This document shows positions 27,784 through 36,155 of a stretch of 64,000 nucleotides of DNA, in pieces. Source of the DNA: Dehalococcoidia bacterium (GTDB lineage Bacteria > Chloroflexota > Dehalococcoidia > Dehalococcoidales > W498); assembly GCA_011191875.1 (NCBI GenBank), contig DUFC01000033.1:11793-75792 (forward strand). Reading direction: 5' to 3'. A program made the translations under genes and the position numbers. Numbering within the stretch: the stretch's first letter is position 1; each line of letters opens with the position of its first letter. The notes under the pieces are model-generated. The model had not been told where the DNA came from. It did no database searches and saw nothing but the letters and a program-made list of their open reading frames with translations.

Positions 27784-28389
27784 TTGTCTAGATTATTTCT
27801 GGTGAGACATGGCGAGACTGAATCAGGCAGTACTCTAAGGTACTGGGGACAGAGTGATGTTAAGCTAAGTACCCTTGGACTCAGCCAGGCTGAGAGATTA
27901 TGCAACCGGCTGGTAACAGAGAAGTTTGATGCAATTTATACCAGTAACCTTAGGCGGGCTTCAGTAACCGCCGAGATTATTGCTGCCAGGCATCAGTTGG
28001 ATATTGTCAACTGTGCCGAGTTGAACGAGGTTAACTTTGGTAAGGTTGAGGGACTGACATTTGACGAGGTTAGTCGGTTTTATCCTGAAGTTGCTAAAAC
28101 GTGGGTTAGCCGGAGCCTCAGTCTTGAGTTTCCCGATGGTGAAAATTTTGAAATGTTTAATAGCCGGGTAAGCAAATTCCTGAGCAGACTGGACAAGCAT
28201 ACCCCGGAGGAAACGATACTTATTGTGGCTCATGCTGGACCGTTACGGTTACTGGTATGCTATCTTCTAGGCTTAGACTTACGACACTGGCGGCAGTTTC
28301 GCCTTGATTTGGCTTCGCTTAGTATAATTGAGACCTATTCCCAGCAGGCAATTCTGAGCCAGTTAAATGATGTTTCCCATCTGGAATAA
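27784..28389 (+). CDS. cobC: alpha-ribazole phosphatase (histidine phosphatase family)
   Basis: LVRHGET catalytic motif and a second His region (VAHAGP). TTG start. Confidence 0.85.
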   Translation: MSRLFLVRHGETESGSTLRYWGQSDVKLSTLGLSQAERLCNRLVTEKFDAIYTSNLRRASVTAEIIAARHQLDIVNCAELNEVNFGKVEGLTFDEVSRFYPEVAKTWVSRSLSLEFPDGENFEMFNSRVSKFLSRLDKHTPEETILIVAHAGPLRLLVCYLLGLDLRHWRQFRLDLASLSIIETYSQQAILSQLNDVSHLE

Positions 28390-28401
28390 TAGGAGGTTAA
28401 T

Positions 28402-29079
28402 ATAAACCGGGTTTTCGCTTCGTGGAGTGGGGGGAAGGACTGCTGCCTTGCCTGTTACCGGGCGGTAGTTAACGGTCTAAAAGTTGGTTATCTAGCTAAT
28501 ATGGTAACTGAAGACGGCAAACGCTCGCGTAGTCATGGACTGTTGGCTGAGGTATTACAGGTGCAGTCGCAGGCTATTGGAATTCCTCTAGTTCAGCGGC
28601 GGACTACCAGGGGCAACTACGAAGCTGAATTTAAAAATATGCTCCGCACTTTCAAGCAGGAGGGGATTGGGGGCGGTGTGTTTGGTGATATTGACTTTAA
28701 TGAACACCGGGTTTGGATTGACAGGGTGTGTCAGGAAGTTAGTATTACTCCCCATTTGCCCTTGTGGGGGGAGAGCCATGATAGAATAATGAGAGAGTTT
28801 ATAAATTTGGGGTTTGAGGCAATTGTAGTTGCGACCAAGACTAACCTGCTTGGAGAGGAATGGTTAGGGCGGAGGATAGACCTGGATTTCCTTGGGCGGA
28901 TGGAAGAACTAAGTGAGACAAGGAACATTACACCCTGTGGTGAAGCCGGGGAATATCATAGCCTGGTTATTAATGGACCTCTGTTTAGGCAGCGGTTAGA
29001 AATTCTGGAAACAAGTAAAGTCTTAAGAGATGAACACTGGTTTTTAGAGGTTTTGAAGTATGATTTGAGAACTAAGTGA
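28402..29079 (+). CDS. Dph6/MJ0570-like PP-loop ATP pyrophosphatase (diphthine-ammonia-ligase family), paralog 1
   Basis: The frame is open from 28393 and encodes NRVFASWSGGKDCC (PP-loop) upstream of the track ATG 28501. No canonical start exists there. ATA 28402 lies 5 nt after AGGAGG. C-terminal GEAGEYHS motif. Confidence 0.7.
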   Translation: MNRVFASWSGGKDCCLACYRAVVNGLKVGYLANMVTEDGKRSRSHGLLAEVLQVQSQAIGIPLVQRRTTRGNYEAEFKNMLRTFKQEGIGGGVFGDIDFNEHRVWIDRVCQEVSITPHLPLWGESHDRIMREFINLGFEAIVVATKTNLLGEEWLGRRIDLDFLGRMEELSETRNITPCGEAGEYHSLVINGPLFRQRLEILETSKVLRDEHWFLEVLKYDLRTK

Positions 29080-29118
29080 TACTCAGTTTCTCATTTAGCA
29101 TAGAAAGGTAATACTTTA

Positions 29119-29805
29119 GTGAATAATATGTCTCAAGTCTTTGTCCCGTGGAGTGGTGGGAAAGATGGCTGCTTTGCCTGCTATCTAGCGGCTAGTAGTG
29201 GTTTAAAAGTTCGTTACTTAGCAAATATGCTAAATGAGGATGGTAAGCGGTCATGGAGTCATGGACTATCGGCTGAGGTATTGCAGTTGCAGGCACAGGC
29301 TATTGGAATTCCACTAGTTCAGCGACGAGTCACTGATCGCAACTATGATGCTGATTATAAAAATATGCTCCTTTCCTTCAAGCAGGAGGGGATTGAGGGT
29401 GCGGTCTTTGGTGATATTGCCTTTGTTGGGCACCAGCAGTGGATTGAGAAAGCGTGTCAGAAAGTGAATCTCACTCCCTATTTCCCCTTGTCGGGACAGG
29501 CTCAAGAGAAAGTGTTAAGAGACTTCATAGACTTAGGGTTTGAGGCAACTATAGTTGTGACTGAGGCTGACCTAATTGACGAGAAATGGCTAGGGAGGAA
29601 AGTAGACCTGGATTTCTTAACATATTTATCTGAATTAAAGCAGACAAATGATATTCACATATGTGGTGAAGCTGGAGAGTATCATACCTTTGTTACTGAC
29701 GGTCCTTTGTTTAAGCAGCGGATAGATATTCTGGAAACCAATAAGGTTCTGAGGAAGAGACACTGGTATTTAGAAATATTGAAATGTAACTTGGAGGCAA
29801 AGTGA
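29119..29805 (+). CDS. Dph6/MJ0570-like PP-loop ATP pyrophosphatase, paralog 2
   Basis: VFVPWSGGKDGC PP-loop and GEAGEYHT motif. Roughly 60% identical by eye to paralog 1. An alternative start at ATG 29128 gives the same length as paralog 1. Confidence 0.8.
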   Translation: MNNMSQVFVPWSGGKDGCFACYLAASSGLKVRYLANMLNEDGKRSWSHGLSAEVLQLQAQAIGIPLVQRRVTDRNYDADYKNMLLSFKQEGIEGAVFGDIAFVGHQQWIEKACQKVNLTPYFPLSGQAQEKVLRDFIDLGFEATIVVTEADLIDEKWLGRKVDLDFLTYLSELKQTNDIHICGEAGEYHTFVTDGPLFKQRIDILETNKVLRKRHWYLEILKCNLEAK

Positions 29806-30377
29806 GTAAAAAGTGCATCTTATTAATTGGTGGTACCCGTAGCGGTAAAAGTAGCTTTGCTCAAGAGCTTGCTCTAAAGTTAGACAAGCCAGTGCTTTTT
29901 GTGGCTACAGCCGAGGCTAGTGATGAAGAGATGAGGCACCGCATTGAAGAGCACCAAAAGGTAAGACCATCAACCTGGAGCACCCTTGAGGTTACCACCC
30001 ATATAGGTAGTCAGATTGAGCAAGAAATTGGTGGGGCTCAGGTGGTAATTATAGATTGTATCACCCTACTGGTTAATAATGTCTTTGGTAAATATAGCCA
30101 CCAGGCTGGCGAGCAAGTTGATGCCTCTCTTATAGAGGAAAAGCTTACCAGTGAGATTAGCGAGTTGGTAGAGTGCATTGACCACACTCATGCCAGCTTC
30201 ATTATTGTTACTAATGAGGTTGGTATGGGTTTGGTGCCGACTAATAGGGTGGGCAGGTTGTATCGTGATTTGCTGGGGAAGGCGAACCAGAGACTAGCTG
30301 AGCGTGCCGATGAAATTTATCTGATGGTTGCCGGTCTACTAGTGCCAGTAAAACCAGCCAAGGATTTTTCAATATAA
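29802..30377 (+). CDS. cobU: bifunctional adenosylcobinamide kinase / adenosylcobinamide-phosphate guanylyltransferase
   Basis: P-loop GGTRSGKS, CobU/CobP-like body. GTG overlaps the upstream stop. Confidence 0.9.
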   Translation: MSKKCILLIGGTRSGKSSFAQELALKLDKPVLFVATAEASDEEMRHRIEEHQKVRPSTWSTLEVTTHIGSQIEQEIGGAQVVIIDCITLLVNNVFGKYSHQAGEQVDASLIEEKLTSEISELVECIDHTHASFIIVTNEVGMGLVPTNRVGRLYRDLLGKANQRLAERADEIYLMVAGLLVPVKPAKDFSI

Positions 30378-30387
30378 GCCTTCCTAG

Positions 30388-31152
30388 CTATAGTTTTGGT
30401 CTCCGACGCAATGTTTCCTCTAGATTTAGTGGCACAACCTCTGGTCTTGGCGCTTGATAGACATTTACCACTTCCAGTCCAGTAAACTCCGTTTCTATAG
30501 CTGCCATCTCATCTGGTGCTAACGGTTTGATAGGGCAGGGGCGTAGTGGGGTATTGAGTTGCACTTCATCAGGTAAAAGTCGCCTGGCTATGTCTGCCAT
30601 TTGTCTGGCGTAATCCTTATTTATAGCCATGAACATCATTTGTAGAGCTAGCTTTTTTTTAAATCTTTTTCTGAAGTGTTCTATGGAGTGGAGTAATTGG
30701 TCAAGGGAATAGCTGACTACAGGGTTATTAATCTGCCGGAACGTTTGTTCAGTAGCCGCATCTATTTTGGCTATTACCACATCTGCCTGTGCCAAGTCAT
30801 CGCACACATCCTCCCTGGGCATAAGGGAAGAATTGGTCAGGACTGCCACTGGCAGTGGTAGAATTGACTTGGCTATTTTGATGGCTTCTCCCAGATTGCT
30901 TGCCAGAGTTGGTTCCGCCATACCGGAGAAGGTAACATAATCAGCCACTGTATCTCTTACTGCATCCAGCTCTTTAGCTAGCTGGGTAATTGTAACAAAT
31001 TCTCGCCGTTCCACCCGAGGATTTATTGTTCTACCCAGTTGACAGTAGATGCAGTCAAAGGAGCAGGTCTTACCCTTAGTAGAGACTAAATCCACACCCA
31101 AAGACTTACCTAACCGCCACGAAGGAACAGGACCATAGATTATAGATTTCAC
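30388..31152 (-). CDS. radical SAM protein (function unknown), last gene of the minus-strand operon
   Basis: IYGPVPSWRLGKSLGV N-terminus and CSFDCIYCQ (CX3CX2C). Confidence 0.8.
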   Translation of the reverse strand: MKSIIYGPVPSWRLGKSLGVDLVSTKGKTCSFDCIYCQLGRTINPRVERREFVTITQLAKELDAVRDTVADYVTFSGMAEPTLASNLGEAIKIAKSILPLPVAVLTNSSLMPREDVCDDLAQADVVIAKIDAATEQTFRQINNPVVSYSLDQLLHSIEHFRKRFKKKLALQMMFMAINKDYARQMADIARRLLPDEVQLNTPLRPCPIKPLAPDEMAAIETEFTGLEVVNVYQAPRPEVVPLNLEETLRRRPKL

Positions 31153-31168
31153 TTTCTATGCCCTTGGG

Positions 31169-31621
31169 TCAGTATTTGCGATAAGCTCTTTTCCACGGCT
31201 CCTTCTTCAGGTCTAGGTAATCCTTAATTGCTTGCTTAAGAGTATTAACTGCTAGCAGTGCACAGTGAATACTTTCCTCAGGGAGACTGCCTAAGGCATT
31301 CAAAACATGTTGTTTGTTAATCTTCATAGCTTCAGGAATACTCTTTCCCCTAGCTATCTCGGTGACCGTGCTACCTGTGGCAATGGTGGCTCCACAGCCA
31401 TCGGTCAGAAAGGTAGCATTGGTAATTATGCCCCTTTTCACCTTGAGCCATATCTCCATAGTATCCCCGCAGGGACCGGTCACCTCGCCAAAACCATCAG
31501 CATCTTGCATGTTCCCTACATTCCTTGGGTTCACCACATGGTCAATTGTCGTCTCGGTATAGACCCCCTTCATGCTTTCCCTGATAAGTTGTTCAAGCGG
31601 CTCGAATTCTGAAGTCATCAC
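31169..31621 (-). CDS. IscU/NifU N-terminal-type Fe-S cluster scaffold protein
   Basis: GPCGDTM, DGCGATIA and HCALLA motifs supply the three conserved Cys of an IscU-type scaffold. Confidence 0.85.
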   Translation of the reverse strand: MMTSEFEPLEQLIRESMKGVYTETTIDHVVNPRNVGNMQDADGFGEVTGPCGDTMEIWLKVKRGIITNATFLTDGCGATIATGSTVTEIARGKSIPEAMKINKQHVLNALGSLPEESIHCALLAVNTLKQAIKDYLDLKKEPWKRAYRKY

Positions 31622-32646
31622 TCTAACTCCTGTTGAAGGTCTCTTTGTTTTATCTTGGGCAATGCCTGTACAAAGGCTTGACTAAGAGCGGCAAAGTCGT
31701 CAGAGTTGTAGTTTTCTATAGTGCCTTCATCACATAACCTGGCTAGCTTTGGGTCTATGGGCAGCTGTCCCAGAAAAGGTGCACTAGCTACCCGTGCCAT
31801 CTCCTCTCCTTTACTCTCGCCAAAGAGTTCAATTCGCTTATCTATTTCGGGTATATATAGGTAGCTCATATTTTCAACTACACCCAGGATAGTTTTATCC
31901 ATCTTCTGTACCATATTCACTGCTTTTCTAACCACCATGGCTGTCAAATCTTGTGGGGTAAAAACGATGACTACGCCGGATATGGGAAGTGTTTGCAGCA
32001 CAGTAAGCGGCACATCAGCAGTGCCCGGTGGTAAGTCTATTATTAGGTAATCGAGTTTACCCCAGACTACATCTTCCCAGAATTGCGTAATAGCCTTGGA
32101 GATAAGAGGACCACGCCAGATAACAGCCTCACTCTCCATAGGCAAGAGCAGGTTGATGGATATAACCTCAACTCCCGACCTTGACAACACTGGCAGGATT
32201 CCAGTATCACTGCCACCAAGGTGGGTGGTGATACCAAACATTTTGGGGATGCTGGGGCCAGTAATATCAGCGTCTAGAATACCTACCTCGTTTCCCTGGC
32301 GGCTGAGGGCAATAGCTATAAGGCTGGCTACTAGGGATTTACCCACTCCCCCTTTACCGCTCATTACGGCGATGGTATGGCTAATCCGGTTTAGCATTGT
32401 GGGCTTGTACAATATGAATTCTACCTCTACTTTGTTTACCTCAGGCAGTTTCTCCATAACTGCTTTTGTCTTAGTTCTAATCCAGTCTTGTGAACCTGGG
32501 CTCAAAGCAGTGGCGGCAAGGGTAACCTTGACTATATTATTTATAATCTCAATCTCCCGCACCATATTTAGCTGGGTTATACTACGCCCAACTCCAGGAA
32601 CGAGCACCCCACTGAACGCCTGTTCAACCTGTTCTTTTGTAGTCAT
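31618..32646 (-). CDS. Mrp/NBP35/ApbC-family Fe-S cluster carrier ATPase with N-terminal DUF59 domain
   Basis: Deviant Walker A SGKGGVGKS, DUF59-like N-terminus. 4-nt overlap with the iscU-like start. Confidence 0.9.
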   Translation of the reverse strand: MTTKEQVEQAFSGVLVPGVGRSITQLNMVREIEIINNIVKVTLAATALSPGSQDWIRTKTKAVMEKLPEVNKVEVEFILYKPTMLNRISHTIAVMSGKGGVGKSLVASLIAIALSRQGNEVGILDADITGPSIPKMFGITTHLGGSDTGILPVLSRSGVEVISINLLLPMESEAVIWRGPLISKAITQFWEDVVWGKLDYLIIDLPPGTADVPLTVLQTLPISGVVIVFTPQDLTAMVVRKAVNMVQKMDKTILGVVENMSYLYIPEIDKRIELFGESKGEEMARVASAPFLGQLPIDPKLARLCDEGTIENYNSDDFAALSQAFVQALPKIKQRDLQQELE

Positions 32647-32672
32647 TAACTGTCACTTCCTTTCTATCACTT

Positions 32673-33503
32673 TTATATTGACCAACCTAACCAGCCAAAG
32701 ACGCCAAGCATCTTTAGACCCATGTAGAACATTACGGCGATGAATATATATCTTAGTTGCTTGGCTGGTAGCTTATGTGCAGTTATCGCCCCAACCTGTG
32801 CCATACCAACACTGGTAACCGCCAGTAGAAACCATGATGTCAAGTTAACAAAGCCGATAGTATAATCCAAATTTGCCAATTCAGGAACACCCAGACCATT
32901 TGTAATATAACCGATAACACCACCGATGCTGGTAAATATCATTATAGCTAAGGATGTAGCCACAGCATTGTGCATTTTAAACTTGAGTGCCAGCACTAAT
33001 ATAGGAACCATCAACACGCCGCCACCAATTCCAATGGTACCAGTTATAATGCCGATAAGGATAGACCAGGCAACCCATAGCCAGGGATTATCCTTGGGCT
33101 CCTGCTCAACCTTTGGTGTTCTGGCAGTGAGCATCCATATACCACCGGCAAGAATTACCGCTCCAAAAGCAATCTTTAGTCCTGCCCCGGGGAGGTGGGT
33201 AGCCAGGGTGGCTCCACCAAAGGCACAAATTAGACCACAGCTACCCATAGTAATGGCTGGTTTCCACCACACTGCCCCCTTTTTACTATGTCTCCAGGCA
33301 CCGCTTATAGCTGTAGGTAAAACAACCAGCAAATTTGTTCCAAATGCCAGTTTTATGGCTATGTCTGCTGGAATGCCTATGTTAGTGAATATCATGTACT
33401 GGATGGGGGTCATAATGAAGCATCCGCCAACACCCAGAAGACCACCGGCAAAGCCAACACCTACACCAGTTGCCAAAAGGATAGCAGCATGAGCTACTGT
33501 CAT
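32673..33503 (-). CDS. TauE/SafE-family anion exporter-like membrane protein
   Basis: Eight hydrophobic helices with duplicated GxGGG motifs (GLLGVGGCF, IGIGGGVLMVP). Confidence 0.8.
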   Translation of the reverse strand: MTVAHAAILLATGVGVGFAGGLLGVGGCFIMTPIQYMIFTNIGIPADIAIKLAFGTNLLVVLPTAISGAWRHSKKGAVWWKPAITMGSCGLICAFGGATLATHLPGAGLKIAFGAVILAGGIWMLTARTPKVEQEPKDNPWLWVAWSILIGIITGTIGIGGGVLMVPILVLALKFKMHNAVATSLAIMIFTSIGGVIGYITNGLGVPELANLDYTIGFVNLTSWFLLAVTSVGMAQVGAITAHKLPAKQLRYIFIAVMFYMGLKMLGVFGWLGWSI

Positions 33504-34210
33504 TTGGTTATCTTCTCCGCATTTAGCTTCACGCCTAGAAATGCACCGAAGGGGTTGTTAGCAGAAGGCAAGAGTCTGTCCAGCCAGCGAGTATATTTGT
33601 GCCAGCTTAGTGGGAAAAATAAGGTAGTCCGCCAGTCAAGAGGCACCTTCCCGATTGCTGCTCTGACTACTGCCTCTATCTCCCAAATGCTATAAAACTT
33701 TGCTTGGTTATAAGTGGAATCCCGAAATTTGCCCTTGATTCGGCGATTTATTCCAAGCAGTGAAATTTTATTTAATATCCCTAGATAAATTTGCGCCCGC
33801 GTTACCCGACCTGCCTCCTTGAGCACTTTTATTGGGTCAGAAACAAACTCTAGCACGGTGATTAAAGTGACGATGTCAAAGGAGTCGTTATTAAATGGCA
33901 ATTCCTCAGCATGTCCCCAATGGAGTTCAGCATCGGTGTTAAGTTTCTTGGAGGCGATGTCCAACATTGGCTTAGACGCATCAATGCCAGCAGCCTTCAG
34001 CTCCAATTCCTTAAAGAAAGCCAGATTATGTCCAGTGCCACAGCCGATATCAAGCACACTCTGACCGGATTTAGGTTGGACTAGCTTAAGAAACAGCTCC
34101 TTTTCTAAGGTATTGGCGTATTGCCCCTCTGGTGTCTGATACCAAAGCTCATATTGCCCAGCCCGGTCATTAAAGAGTGCTTTCTTCATCATTGAGTCAT
34201 ATGCCATCAA
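33500..34210 (-). CDS. class I SAM-dependent methyltransferase
   Basis: SAM-binding motif VLDIGCGTG, Methyltransf_11-like. Overlaps both neighbours. Confidence 0.8.
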   Translation of the reverse strand: MMAYDSMMKKALFNDRAGQYELWYQTPEGQYANTLEKELFLKLVQPKSGQSVLDIGCGTGHNLAFFKELELKAAGIDASKPMLDIASKKLNTDAELHWGHAEELPFNNDSFDIVTLITVLEFVSDPIKVLKEAGRVTRAQIYLGILNKISLLGINRRIKGKFRDSTYNQAKFYSIWEIEAVVRAAIGKVPLDWRTTLFFPLSWHKYTRWLDRLLPSANNPFGAFLGVKLNAEKITK

Positions 34211-34499
34211 ACCAACCGTAGTGGTATTTCCTCAGGTACTCATCGTGTGGATATGTTCTTCTCACATCTTCTTCACGAAAAGGATAGCTATATTCAGCGC
34301 AATATTTCGTTATTAGCTCATACGCCTCATTAATCTTTTTCATCATCTCATCACACTTTACCTTATCTACCTCTTTGTACCTATCAGGATGGTAGCGATT
34401 AGCTATCCTTTTGTAGGCTGCTTTAACCTGCTTTAGAGTAGCCGTTTCCCCTGTGCCTAACAATCGTCGTGCTTTGTCTATTTGGTTAAAATTAGCCAT
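34197..34499 (-). CDS. J-domain (DnaJ-like) protein
   Basis: 100 aa with KAAYKRIANRYHPDR (HPD motif). Confidence 0.8.
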   Translation of the reverse strand: MANFNQIDKARRLLGTGETATLKQVKAAYKRIANRYHPDRYKEVDKVKCDEMMKKINEAYELITKYCAEYSYPFREEDVRRTYPHDEYLRKYHYGWFDGI

Positions 34500-34501
34500 A
34501 T

Positions 34502-34807
34502 TTAATGCCCCAACTGTTTCTTCAGTGATTCCATTTTACTACTTATGCTTGAAGGCTTATCTCGTCGGTCGTCAATCTTAATTGTAGTTACTACCCTCAT
34601 AATTCCGGCATTAAAGACAGCTTCGTGCATCTTCCGAACTAAGGTCAAGACCTGTTCCAAATCACCCTCAATAATCGTTCCCATTGTTGTTAGCTCATAC
34701 TTTATGTCTTTCTCGCCCTCAATTACCTTTACTGCCTGGGCTATATATTGACTAACCGAAGGTGTTGACGTGCCCATAGGAATTACACTAATTTCAACCA
34801 GTGCCAT
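34502..34807 (-). CDS. MTH1187/YkoF-family protein
   Basis: MALVEISVIPMGT... ferredoxin-like family sequence. ATG 34807 lies behind GAGGT. The track TTG is at 34822. Confidence 0.75.
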   Translation of the reverse strand: MALVEISVIPMGTSTPSVSQYIAQAVKVIEGEKDIKYELTTMGTIIEGDLEQVLTLVRKMHEAVFNAGIMRVVTTIKIDDRRDKPSSISSKMESLKKQLGH

Positions 34808-34853
34808 TTGTCTAGACCTCAACTTTCTCTTTTAGCGAATGACCTGGAGACTG

Positions 34854-35252
34854 CTAGTGCAAGCGCTCCATTAGGTTGGTTAGTTTATCATCAAGATAGA
34901 GCTGCACTGCTTCATCAATACTATTTACATCAGTGACGATAGGTTCAATATTATAGCTCTGCATACTCTCATAGGCTCCCCAACCCATACCTCCAGCGAG
35001 GAGGACCTGGCAGTCAGAGATAGTCTCAGCCATGCTTTGGTGCCTTATTTGTGAACCGGCATCGTAGCCATGGCGCTCACCAGGGGCTAAATCAGAGGGT
35101 TGGTGGGCAGCAAAGGTGTGGTGCCCGGTCTTGGCTCGAGTCTCTTTGCTTATAATCTTACCATCTTCCACTGATACTACCACATAGAGTGGTGCCCGAC
35201 CAAAGTGCTGGCTGATAGTTGTTTCATCGTCGGATATAGCTGCAATCTTCAT
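34854..35252 (-). CDS. NifX/NifB-C-terminal (dinitrogenase FeMo-cofactor-binding fold) domain protein
   Basis: MKIAAISDD...ISQHFGRAPLYVVV...LLAGGMG pattern of PF02579-type proteins. Confidence 0.8.
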   Translation of the reverse strand: MKIAAISDDETTISQHFGRAPLYVVVSVEDGKIISKETRAKTGHHTFAAHQPSDLAPGERHGYDAGSQIRHQSMAETISDCQVLLAGGMGWGAYESMQSYNIEPIVTDVNSIDEAVQLYLDDKLTNLMERLH

Positions 35253-35285
35253 TATCTACTCACCTCCATTGGCATCTCTACCTCC

Positions 35286-36152
35286 TTATTTGTTTTCAAG
35301 TAATCCTATAATAGATAGCCATAGTTTCTTTATTTGTTGCGTAACACTATTATTACTATATTCCACCACTGGTAGTCCTTGTACCAATGCCTCGGTTACC
35401 ACATTATCGAAGGGAATTTTGGAAGCAACCTCTATTCTCTGGCTGTAGCAGTAGTTCTCAATTTGGTGGCTGTTGTCTTCATTGAGGTCATATTTGTTAA
35501 TACATACTATAACTGGAACATTGAAGTGCTGGCAAACGCTAATAGCTCTATCCAGGTCGTGTATCCCGGATAGGGTTGGCTCGGTGACGATAACTGCCAG
35601 ATTTACTCCAGATATGGAAGAAATAACCGGGCAGCCAATACCTGGTGGTCCATCGCTTAATATATAGTCAACCTCTTGCTTTTCAGCGATGGATTTAGCC
35701 TGTTGCCTGACCATAGATACCAGCTTCCCTGAGTTTTCCTGGGCTATACCCAATCTGGCGTGAACCAGGGGTCCATATCTGGTATCAGAAGTGAACCAGC
35801 TCCCTGATAGGTTTTCCTGCATAGTGATAGCCTCTTCAGGGCAGACACGGTAGCAGAAGCCGCAGCCCTCACAAGAGATAGTATCAACCTGGAAATCGTT
35901 TATGGCATCAAATCGGCACAAATCCTGACAAAGACCGCACTGGGTGCACTTATCTTTATCTATAACTGCCTTATATCCGCTCCAGAACTCCTGCCTCTCT
36001 TGTGTAACTGGCTGGAGGAGGAGGAAGAGGTCAGCCGCATCAACATCGCAATCTACCATTACCTTACTTTTAACCAAGACAGCTAGGGAGGCTACAATGG
36101 TAGTTTTGCCAGTGCCTCCCTTGCCACTAATAACCACAATCTCCTTCATCAT
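35286..36152 (-). CDS. MinD/ParA-type P-loop ATPase with 2x[4Fe-4S] ferredoxin insert
   Basis: SGKGGTGKT P-loop, CTQCGLCQDLC and CEGCGFCYRVC ferredoxin motifs. Confidence 0.85.
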   Translation of the reverse strand: MMKEIVVISGKGGTGKTTIVASLAVLVKSKVMVDCDVDAADLFLLLQPVTQERQEFWSGYKAVIDKDKCTQCGLCQDLCRFDAINDFQVDTISCEGCGFCYRVCPEEAITMQENLSGSWFTSDTRYGPLVHARLGIAQENSGKLVSMVRQQAKSIAEKQEVDYILSDGPPGIGCPVISSISGVNLAVIVTEPTLSGIHDLDRAISVCQHFNVPVIVCINKYDLNEDNSHQIENYCYSQRIEVASKIPFDNVVTEALVQGLPVVEYSNNSVTQQIKKLWLSIIGLLENK

Positions 36153-36155
36153 TGT

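Noticed and set aside
32096-33492. Long plus-strand ORFs (32096-32743, 215 aa; 32926-33492, 188 aa) opposite the mrp and tauE genes.
   Set aside because: They are mirror-frame artefacts of well-supported minus-strand genes. The translations are low-complexity (Pro/Ser/Thr/Ile-rich), have no SD and show no recognisable domain.
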